Assembly: GCA_013239625.1 (NCBI GenBank) | Contig: MU054323.1 | Coordinates: 11,057,815-11,121,814, forward strand | Direction of reading: 5' to 3' | Length of the DNA: 64,000 nt | Source of the DNA: Lama guanicoe | Taxonomy: Eukaryota | Part shown: piece by piece, positions 14,144 to 24,258 of the stretch | How positions within the stretch are numbered: the stretch's first letter is position 1 | How the letters are laid out: every line of letters begins with the position of its first letter | The notes under the pieces: model-generated | The model's database searches: none | What the model saw: the letters and a program-made list of their open reading frames with translations, nothing else | What the model was told of the DNA's origin: nothing | Position numbers and translations under genes: made by a program

Positions 14144-14228
14144 CCTACCTCAGTTTTTAGGCATCAGCTACAGTTTCAAGGGCAGTAACAATTTCTTCAG
14201 CAACAACTTTAAAAATTATTGGGATATC

Positions 14229-14448
14229 TGAGGGGTGTGCTGGTAAAGTAAATGTTTAACTACCAGCTCTGCATGGCAAGGGGAGTCAGGGAGCCCTGAT
14301 TTGTAGTATTTCCTGATTTCCATAGTGTAGGTACTCCCACCATGACTGATTTCAGGCTACCAAAATGATGCTGCTGAACACGGAGCTGGGAAGAGGTGCG
14401 CATACTCACCTCTCAAGAGCCAGTGTGACCTGGTTCCATGTGCCATTG
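14229..14448. mobile_element. MER63-like hAT-Blackjack DNA transposon
   Basis: ccctgatttgtagtatttcctgatttccatagtgtaggtactcccaccatgactgatttcaggctacca...gctgggaagaggtgcgca. Confidence 0.7.
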
Positions 14449-15311
14449 GGAGACCACAGGTTCTAGTTCTTACTCTGCAGCTCTCTAACTGTGTGGCCCT
14501 GGGCAGTTCCCACCTCCCCTGGGCCTTGGCTTCTTCATCTGTACAACGGAGTTAGTACTACCTATCTGGTATGCTTCATAGGGTTGATGTGACAGTGAAA
14601 TAAATAGAAGACAAGAAAAACTCCTGAGCCTGTGGAAAGATGGAAATTAAATTGGCAGCAGTGTTGGCTCACAGACTCCTGTAGTTACAGAAGGAGCTTT
14701 GTCTGCTTTTAAGGTCCCAAAACATGCAATTCCTTTGTCTCTTGATCTGCTGGCTGGGTCCTGGAACTCCTGGCTTATTGACCCTAATCTTTTTTTTATT
14801 ATTATTCTCTTTGACCCTTTAGCTCACAATTAATATAATAAAGCAAGTTAGTTAGGCTCTTTCAAGCCCTTGGGAACAAAGACTTGCTGCCATTTCTTGA
14901 GGCCTAAAGTTATCTGAGGGGGAGCTTGAGGAACAGTCAAAGCTGGGCCCCACCCACCCCTGGAGCACAGGAGCAAGGGTTTCCTGTCCTTCGCGCCCAG
15001 TGACGGTCCTGGTGACCTGGTTACCTTGTTTTCCCCTCAGAAGTGGGTGCCCTTAGTTCCCGACTCTAGTCCCCCTGACAAAACTCTTTCTCTGTTTTAT
15101 TATCTACTCTTGACTGCCCCCACTGTGGCCACTTCTGCTTCAGTTATGTTGAAAGACAGGGAGTGTCATGGTAGGAGTGTGAGTCAGACCACCAGGTTCA
15201 GATCTCAGTGCTGCTGGGGACTCATGGTGAGCTGGTTGGGCAAAATTTCTGGGCTTCACTCTCTTCATCTGTAGAATGGGGATCAGGATGCCTATCGCGT
15301 AGGGTTGGTAT

Positions 15312-15865
15312 GGAGACAGGAAGGACGGGGGCAGGACACAGCTATTAAAGGGATGACACAGTAATTAGCACTAAGACAGCAGAAAGGTCAACTCCCAATA
15401 GACCCTGAGGCCCAAGATGGCAGAAGAGTTGAACTCCAGTGGACCTTGAGCTTCATTATACACGTTGTAATGTACTATCGTGGTGACTGACACACCCACA
15501 AGTGCCATGACAGTTCTAAGCTAACCATGAAATGACAAAGAGAGGCTGGGTCCAATTCCTGGGAATCCTTGCCCCTTCCCCAAAGCAGTTGGAATAATCT
15601 TCTCACTTGTTAGCATATAAAAACTAGCAACCCCGTGCCTCACCACCTCACCGTGGCTCCCTCTCTCTTGCCTTCCTAGATGGCCTGCACTCTGTCTATG
15701 GAGTGTACATCTCTCTAAATAAATCTACTTCTGTTCTACTATGGCTCACTCTTAAATTCTTTCCTGCACGAAGCCAAGGATCTTCACTTGGTGGGGCATG
15801 TCTCAGGGACTCAACCGAGACCTGGGACACAACCACCCTCTGGTACCCCACGTTTTTCTGTAATA
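15312..15865 (+). mobile_element. ERV1 solo LTR, MER41-like, inserted into a MIR
   Basis: cacccacaagtgccatgacagtt, cactctgtctatggagt and aaattctttcctgcacgaagccaagga are MER41-type motifs. TATAAAAA 15616-15623, AATAAA 15718-15723, 4-bp TSD GTAT (15308-15311 / 15866-15869). MIR sequence continues on both sides. Confidence 0.75.
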
Positions 15866-16257
15866 GTATGCCATTAAAAGAGTCAGCACAGGTGAAGTGT
15901 TTAGAAGAGTGTCTGGCACATCGGTCCTTGCTGACAGACGTCCACCATCTATCTGTGGTCTCCCCATCAAGCCTGGGCTCAGCTTAGGTCTCTGTGTCAC
16001 TGTCCAGTGCAGCCTTTCTCCTGGATGGATAGTTCTCACAGGTCTTCCCCCTTGTCTGCCTAAACGTGTCTACCTTTGGCTACTAAACATGGCCACAAGA
16101 CACAAAACGGGGCACATATCAAATTTACAACTGGATGAGTGGAAATTAAACTTTATGTAGTTTTTATATGTTGTAATAATTCTTTAAATAAATCTTGCAT
16201 AGAAAGAAATAAGGGAGGAAGGAAGGAAGGAAGAAAGGAAGAAAGAGACAGCAGAGA

Positions 16258-16655
16258 CTCGCGTGCAGGGACCACAACTCCCAGAGGGCTATGCGCCCTT
16301 GCCGCTGCCGTCACCGCCGCCGCCAAGACTAAGGTGGCCGCGAGAATCACTGCCTTCCTCAAGAATGTCTGGGCCAAGGAACCGGTGCTGGTGGCATCCT
16401 TCACCATCGGCGGCCTCGCTATAATTCTGCCCACACTCAGCCCGTCACCAAGTATGTGGTCATGATCAACCAGGCCATACCCAAAACTACCCAGTGTCCC
16501 TCCAAGACAACAGGAACACGCCTGATGTGCCCAGCCACCCCCAGAGCCCCCAAGGCCCAAGCTTGGAGTGGCTGAAGAAACTGTGAGCACCTCCTTGGAC
16601 AGGAAGAGTCCTCCCTCCCTGGTGGCCCCCAATAAAAATGGAAAACCAAAAAAAA
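16258..16655 (+). pseudogene. NDUFA3: Processed pseudogene of NDUFA3 (complex I accessory subunit)
   Basis: Intronless; translates across frameshifts to [49 protein letters not shown]...D...[24 protein letters not shown] remnant 16334-16586 is 253 nt versus 255 expected for 84 aa plus stop, i.e. two 1-nt deletions. GTG replaces ATG; AATAAA at 16631-16636 and an A-tract at 16648-16655. Confidence 0.95.
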
Positions 16656-18501
16656 GGGGGGGGCGGGGAGCCTACTGTCACCTGAGGAGGGCTGTGGCTG
16701 TGCAGACACCCTGAGTCTCGGCTTCTCTCCTTTCCAGCAAGCCATCCCTTCTGAACATCTAAGAGGAGGTGATGTCAGCCACAGGCCTATCCAAGAAGAT
16801 GCATTCCACGTCTGGGTAAAGGTAGGTTCTGAGGATTATAATCAGAGGAAAACACAAGGAAGTTTGGTTACTTTTTCATCACTGGATATTTTAGAGGTTT
16901 ATTCTTCACTCCTTGATTTGAAAATTGTCTTCAGGGCTGTGCTGGTTGTCAACATTTTTCCTGCCCCAACACCCCTGAGTGACCCACTCCTAACAGTATC
17001 AACCTCTGACGCTGCCGGTGAACCTCAGGCTGGGGTATAATAATCTCCAACGGCATGGTGAGCTTGATAAGAAACAGTCCGCTTCTTCAGTTTTCCTCAG
17101 AGGGGAAGCATTTAAGAGTGTGTTTCTAAGGTTCAGCTGCTCGTCTAACAACAGTAATAATTACCTCAATGTTCTTCAATAGGGGATTAGTTAAACAAAT
17201 TATGGTACACCCATGGTACATGATGCAGCCATTAAGTTAAATGAAGTAGAACAATACACTGTATTTCATTAATGGTTACAGGGCGCTAAAACTGCACTAT
17301 GTGGGTGGCTTTGTGAGTGTACAACTTGGGGGTGGGGGTTACTGTTAAGAATTTTGGAATTAAGGAGTCCAGCTGCATCCTGAATTAAAATCATACCCTG
17401 GACGTGAGCCGAAATTGCATTTGCACTCTGGCCTCCTGAAAGGGGAGAGATTGAGAACCGGGCATGAACAAGTTTCCTGGAACACCATTGGAAAGCCAAA
17501 GGGACGCTGTAAAGATGAGGCTGAGACTGGAATTACAATTTCAGGGAGACGGCACGGTTCAGGACTGGATGTTCCAAGTGGGGAATGATTATATGAGTCA
17601 CTGAATCTCTGAGACTCCCTTGCGGAATCAGAATCAGCTGGTCAGGCTGGTTCAGGGCCAGCAAACTGCTCACCCCCCGGCCGGCTGCTGCCTCAGGGAC
17701 TGAACATCTGGGAAATGCTGGGTTGGATTACTTTCCACTGGGAAGGTGCAGAGGGAGCCCTGTGCTGGGGAGCAGAGAAGAGGTTTGGGAAGGGTTTAGA
17801 ACATGCTGCAGAAACAGTACAAGGATGAACAGGCACTGGAGCAGGGAGATGCTGCTGCCCTGTGAGCGTTTCCAGTGCCCCACCCAGAGGGGAGTTGGCA
17901 GGAGGGCATTTCCGGGCAGGTGGGCTGCCCTCACTGCTCTGAAATGAGCATGTGGCAGGGTAGATAGCAACTGGGATGGATATGTCAAATTCTTATCCTC
18001 ACAGCCAGGACTTGGGAAATATTGACATTGCAGTGTGCTTTCTGCCTGGGGACCCAAAATGCTAGCAAGGCCTAGGGGTTCATGCATGCCTTCCCTGAGT
18101 CTCTGGGGCAATGATTTGCAGTCAAAAATTAGTAAACCACAGAGTATGGGCCCTCGTTGTTACTCTGAGGTGCCGTTGAATGAATGTGATTGCCCATGAC
18201 CTGAGGAAGGAAGAGGAGCCACTTAGCAGCCAGCAAGAAGCAGGACTGAGAAACGACGCTCAGGTCTGAGACGTCCAGGACGGCCTTGGTCAGAGCCGAG
18301 GCTGGTGTGGCCCCACCCTCTGAGGACACATCCCTGACAGTCCAGGTCTCAGGGGTGTGGGCAAGCAGGTTGCCCTGCCCAGGACTCTCAAGTACTGATA
18401 TAAGGCTCTAATTTGCTTTCCACATAGCAGAGTAAGAAGCAAGAACACTGTACTCCTGTCATTCACCTTCTGATATTTCACAAGGAGATTGGAAATGACT
18501 T

Positions 18502-19056
18502 TGTATCAGTTGCCTATTGCTGCATAATAACTTAGCTCAATGCTTAGAAACTTAAGATGATAACGATTTATTGTCTCTTATGGGTTCCACAGCTCAGACA
18601 TTCAGATCAAGCATTGTGAGGAGGGCTTGCCTCTGCTGCACTGTCCCTGGGGAACAGTTGCTGGAAGGAGTGAAGCCTGGGACTGGAGTGGTAGGAAGGC
18701 TTGTCCTCTCACACAGCTGAGTGTTGAGGCTAACTACAGGCTGAAGGCCTAGCTGGGCTGTTGACCAGAAAACCGACAGGTAGCCTCTTCATGTGCCTTG
18801 GGCTTCCTCAGAATGCGGTGTCTGGGTTCCAAGATCAAGGGTCCCAAGACAGCCAGGCAGACTGTATCCTCGGTATGCCCCAACTTTGGAAGTCACATAG
18901 TATCACTTCTGCCACATTTTGTTGTTGTTGTTAGATGTGTTTTTGTTGTTAGAATTGCGTCCCTAAGTCTAACTTGTATTTCAAGGGAGGATTGGATTCC
19001 ATCTTTTGGACAGAGGAGTGTCAAAGAATCCATGGCCCTATTTTAAAACCAACACA
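18502..19056 (-). mobile_element. MaLR solo LTR (MLT1H/G-like)
   Basis: tgtatcagttgcctattgctgcataa...gatttatt...ttgggcttcctcagaat...ggaagtcacatagtatcacttctgccacatt...ttttaaaaccaacaca. Confidence 0.75.
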
Positions 19057-20589
19057 GGCCTCCCAGTTACGTGGATTTTGACAAATAGGGGCATTGAAAG
19101 GCTGCTTGCTCCCCACATTCCTCTTCCTGACCATAAGTAAGGTGTTGGAGCTCGAAGGAAGTAGCAATTGAAAGATATTGCTAAGACTTTTGCTGTCGTG
19201 ATGCCAGTCCACCCCCAGCCTAGTGTGTGCAAAAGGAAGTGAGATGGAATCATTCAGCTCCAGCCAGAAGCACTCAGAGAATTCCCAGAGAGGAATTAAA
19301 CATGGTCCTGAGGAGATTATGATGTAAGAAAGGGAGGTTTTAGCCTGTAAATAGGGAGCGTTAATAGGAGGCATCTTTAGACATTGGACGTCCCCTTGGG
19401 AAGGTCCATAGAAAAATCAAAGAGGGGAAGGGGGGTTGGACAAAAATCTATTAGCATGTGAGCAGGAAGCCCTGATGTCACAGGTTTGACCCTGGCCTCT
19501 GGAGAATGCTAGCTATTTAAATCATGAGTGTTTTCACACAGCCCCTTAGCTCCCATGAGCTTAGCTTCCTCAGCTGTAAATGTGAATGAGCGCGGCACCT
19601 CCTCGGAGGGTTTCCATGAGAATTAACGTTGATGATGTGTGTAACACACAGTGCCTGGCACCTGGCGCATCACGATCCTGTTGGCTGTTGTTGTCCTGTC
19701 GCCACCTTTCCCCTTCCACCTGTAAAGAAGACTCTCAGTTCTTCCTCTTTCTGAAGCTCTGATGGGTCTTGTCTCACCAGGGAAGTTTCTATGAGCTTTT
19801 CCTATGTGACAGGAGAGAAGGACCAAGAGAAAAGGAAGAGGAGCCAGGACTTGTGATGAGGGAGAAGTTTTTCAGGGAATTTTAAAGAATGAAATGCAGG
19901 ATAGTTCAGGGGTGTGAGCCAACACACTGGGGCGGGGCGGGGTGGGGAGCAGGATTTTCGAAGACAAATCTTTCATGTGATTCCAAGAAATGCAATTATG
20001 AATTTAAGTTCCTTTTTAATTAACCTTTGATTGTTGGCAATATTTCTTTGATCTGGATGCTGCTCAGAATCTGGACCATGTGGAGACAGTTTTGTAAGGA
20101 ATACATATTTTTAACTAAAATTAAGTCTGAGAACTGTTGGTATAGCTTGATTCCTTTTGTGTATTTTTTTACATAGAAAACATCTAGAAGAAATACAAGC
20201 AACCATTAACAATAGTTTTCTTTGGGCTGAGAAGCAGAAAGCGAGAGACTATTATTTATTTTGTACTCTGTGGTTCTACTAAATTTTTCTCTAACCTGAG
20301 CACATATCACTTCCTTGACCTACTTAAATAAGTTAGGGGTGAGTGTGTTTTTGTAAATAGCCACTTTTTAAATACCCATTAAATATCTGTTAGGAATTTT
20401 ATATGCATTGTTGTATCTGATCCTCATAACAACTTTACAAGATTGATTTCATTACCTCTTATTTTAGAGATGAGCAAACTAAGGCTTCAAAGATAAAGTG
20501 AATGTTATAACTAGGATATCTTTCTATCTATCTAGATATAGAGGTATCTGTCTATCCAGAGAGAGAGAGAGAGAGATTGAGATATTTTT

Positions 20590-20792
20590 TGGCTCATATA
20601 ATTGGGGGTTGGCAAGTCCAAAATCCATAAGGCAGGACAGCAGGCTATCAGTTGGGGTAAGAGTTGTTGCTGAAGTCTTGAGTCTGAATTCAGCAGGGCA
20701 GCAGGCTGGAAACTCAGGCAGGGTTTCTATGTTGCAGTCTTGGGGACAATTTCTTCCAGAAACCTCAGTCTTTGCCTTCAACTAATTGGATG
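20590..20792 (-). mobile_element. ERVL LTR fragment (MLT2/LTR33-type)
   Basis: ttggcaagtccaaaatcc...ggctggaaactcaggcagg...gaaacctcagtctttgccttcaactaattggatga; preceded by a (GA)n tract. Confidence 0.6.
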
Positions 20793-21542
20793 ATATGTTT
20801 ATATTAAGTTGCATAGTGATTACACAGGTATATTTCATAAGCAAACTAAGACTTGTGCATTTTACTATATGTGTATTATAACTCAATAAGAAAAGGCCAA
20901 AATTAAAAAAAAATTATTGAGCAAATGTTACTTTTTTTTAAGCAAAGGCAAGAAGGTGATTCTCACGAGAGTCAGAACTCTGCTGCCTTTAGGGAGGAGG
21001 GAAGGGGTTGTAACTAGGAAAGGGCAGGAGGGGTAATATTCTGAAGTACAGATAATATTGTTTCTTGACTTGGAGGTGGTTCCACGGATGGTCATTTATT
21101 CATTAAACTCTTCATAGCATTTATGTTTCATATACTTTTACGTATATGGCTATGTTGTACAATCAAAAAAAAGTTTTCATCAGTCAACTTAGTTGTTGCT
21201 TTCTTGATGCAGCTGAAGACTGGAGGCTCTGGGAGGGACCGCCCAGGCAGAGTTGCTTTAGCTCAAAGGGCCAGCTCCTGGGTCAGGCTCTGTGACCCCC
21301 CACCCCCATGCCCGCAAGGATCTCTTCCTTCCCCTGCCTCTCAGCCCACGAGGGCCCCTGGAAATTGCTTCTCCCTCATTTCAGGGCTCCTGATCCAAAG
21401 GAGGCAAATCTCATTGTATTTGGTCCCTTTCACTCACACAACAGAATTTTCTTCTCTTGTCTGATGTGTTGATTAGATTGTAGACAGGATTAGTAGGTTT
21501 GATGCCATTAAGTAAAAAGTCATCTCCTTTGGAAACAGCCCA

Positions 21543-21598
21543 GAAAGTCTGGATTCCATTAAAAGTCTTGGATCCCATTAAAAGTCTTGGATCCCAGT
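21543..21598. repeat. Local tandem repeat, 19-bp unit x3
   Basis: gaaagtctggattccatt / aaaagtcttggatcccatt / aaaagtcttggatcccagt. Confidence 0.9.
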
Positions 21599-22219
21599 AA
21601 GATGAAATATTGAGAACTGTGTGGATTCCGATTCGATGGGAGAAGTCAGAACTCCAAGTACCTTCAGGCTTGTGTGGACACCTCGGAGGTGTTGGGGAAG
21701 AGAGTGATAAATGAGGAGAACACAATTTGGCAATAAGATCAGAGAATTCTCAGCAACTCTCTTCCTCAAGAACAAGTAATCAGTAAATCACATACTGCCC
21801 TTCTGCCAGGGAATGGCTGAGTAAATTATAGTACACCTATACCATGAAATGTGTGCATTCACTTACAATTTCAAATTAGAGTTACACCAGTGGGCTTGCA
21901 CGGAGTTCTACCATGTATTATTGCTAAGTGAGAGAGGCAAAATATATTAGCTAATGTTAAAGCATCTAAAATGTGATCCTATAGTATAAAACAATGACAA
22001 ACAACTTCCCCGTTTATGTACCTGAATACTCATGTACATATGTATATACCTATATATGAGTCTACATGTATGGAGAAAAATATGGAAAGAAACATACCAG
22101 ATTGTTAATATCAGTTACCCCCAGCAGGATTTTGGGTTGTGGTAGGTGCTGAAGAGGGTGAAGGAGAGAGGAAAGGTGAACCCAAACAAAAGGAAACCAC
22201 AACAAAAAATAGCCAACAA

Positions 22220-22529
22220 GTGTGAGCACAGAGGATTTTTAGGGCAGTGAAAATAGTCTGTGATACCATAATGATGGTTACATGTCACTGCACGGTTTCT
22301 GAAACCCACAGGGTGTAATACCAAGAGCAAACACTAATGTAAACTATGGATGATTATGTGGTGTCAACGTAGGGTCATCGATTGTGACAATGTACCACAC
22401 TAGTGGGGTACATTGATGTGGGAGGTTTTCTGTATGTAGGGGGCCATAGGGTATATGGGAACTCTATTTTTCTCTTAATTTTGCTGGAAACCTAAAACTT
22501 CTCTAAAACGTAAAGTCTATTAAAAAAAA
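22220..22529 (+). mobile_element. Old L1 (L1MC-like) 3' end with A tail
   Basis: gagcacagaggatttttagggcagtgaaa...ctaatgtaaactatgga...gggtatatgggaactct...aaagtctattaaaaaaaa. Confidence 0.8.
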
Positions 22530-22735
22530 GTGAGATGCCCTTGTTCATCTCTTGATAAACTGAAAAACGCCTCTCCCAGCTCTCCCCTCTCTGGGTCGCC
22601 AAGCCACCTCCTGTTAGCAGTGCCAGCAGATGGGATTATACTGAAGCCAGGTGTAAGGAAAGAAATGCTGGCTGCTTTAGGTACTTTGTTAGCTGGAAAA
22701 TAGGAAGGTGCTTTCCCTCTACCTTGTTTGATGAG

Positions 22736-22754
22736 GGGCCAGAAGGGGGCGCCC
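22736..22754 (+). promoter_or_regulatory. CTCF core motif, forward orientation
   Basis: GGGCCAGAAGGGGGCGCCC matches the CCASYAGRKGGCRS-type core with one mismatch. Confidence 0.6.
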
Positions 22755-24128
22755 ATTAGCAGAGCGCAGACCACTGCAGAGCTAACTCTGACTGAAATGA
22801 GTGTGATCTTATTTTTAGCAGATCTTTGTATCAGTGTTACCCTGAAATGAAAGTGCCTGGATGGTGGCAGAACATCCTGCTGGGGGTTAAGGGGTCAGGA
22901 ATTCCTGTGCTGTGGCTGTGAGACTAGATGATAGAGCGTGACCCGGAGTTGAGGGAGGGGAAATGTCACAGTGGCCCCTCAGCAATACCCTGTGTCTTGA
23001 AGGTGGTAAACCCAGAGGGAGGGGGGCAGCTGTGGCCAAAAGTGGGTTGCCTCCTCTTCCACCTTCCTGCCTCGTCCTTATCATTTTAGAGCTGTGCTAA
23101 GCACTTCACATGCATTACTTAGTCTCTGACTTAAGAGTCGGAAAATGATCCCTCTCCTTTTATCATCTGTGGGCCCCTGAGCTTATCACTCATGCTCTCT
23201 GAAGCTCAGTTCCCATGTTTAAAATGGGGACGTTAAGTACCTGCCGGGGTTACTGAGGGTGTAGGGTAGTGGAGAGAACTCAGGCTTTGGGTGGGGCAGC
23301 TCGGTGCAGCTCCTGGTGTTCTGTTCCCAGGTCCCTTCCTCTCCTTGCACAGAGATGACCATACCCCCTGCAAAGGATTTAGGGGAGAATTTAAGGGGCT
23401 TAATGAAGAGCTACCAACTGAATGTCTGCCCTGTACCAGCCATTACACCAGTGCTCCAACACACACTCTCAGTTAACACAGCACCCAACAACAGCATATG
23501 AGAGGCTGAGCTTCTCCCATTTCACACGTGAGGACATGGAGGAACAGAGAGGTCCCAAACAGATGACCTAAAGCCAGGCCTGGGCTACACTTTCTAGGAT
23601 AAGCATCTCTAGTACAGCAGGAATTTGGGCCATTAGTACCCTGACCCCTTAGCTCACAGAGCTGATGTAAGAATCAAATAACAAGGCACTTGTAAACAAC
23701 AAAATGAAAATGGTGCTGTGTAAATATAAGCAGCTTAAAAATAAAGTACATCTATTTTGTAACTTGATATTTAAAACTAAGAGAATGTCACAAATTTTAT
23801 GTTCTTGGAATGTCTTATTTAGACTAAGATTACAAAAAATGTTCACCAACCAAGAATATTTTTACAGCTCCCCCGAGCTGTTTACTTACAAACATTTACA
23901 GACTCATTTTTACAGTACTGATGTAGTTTTCAACATCAAATTATGGTCTTCTGGGACCAAAAAAAAACCAAACAGAAAACAATAGGACATCGTTTTGCTT
24001 GTGCAGAAGATATTCAATAAAAAATTAAAAAATACACTCCCCCTTCACCTGACATGGTCTTTTCTCTCCTATTTCTCTCTCTGTCTGCCCTGCATTCCCT
24101 CAGCTTTGCCTTTTCTGTACTGGCTTGG

Positions 24129-24258
24129 TTTTATTTATTTGGGGGGGTGGGATTAAGTTTATTTCTATTTATTTACCTATTTATGGAGGTACTGGGGATT
24201 AAACCCAGGACCTCGTGCATGCCAAGCACGTACTCTACCTCTGAGCTATATCCTCCCC
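24129..24258 (-). mobile_element. tRNA-derived SINE, Vic-1-like (camelid)
   Basis: Reverse complement reads GGGGAGGATATAGCTCAGAGGTAGAGTACGTGCTTGGCATGCACGAGGTCCTGGGTTTAATCCCCAGTACCTCC, then an A-rich (TAAA)n tail; Pol III A- and B-box-like segments present. Confidence 0.8.

Noticed and set aside
16139..16632. ORFs over the NDUFA3 copy read as a functional gene
   Set aside because: Start codon lost and two frameshifts; the minus-strand ORF is an antisense shadow.
16240..16670. TSD for the NDUFA3 retrocopy
   Set aside because: Both flanks are purine-rich low-complexity sequence, and no convincing duplication could be read.
21543..21598. CRISPR-like array
   Set aside because: Head-to-tail repeats with no spacers, in mammalian DNA with no cas genes.
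24185..24258. Possible tRNA gene
   Set aside because: Degenerate B box and stems plus an A-rich tail indicate a SINE, not a tRNA.
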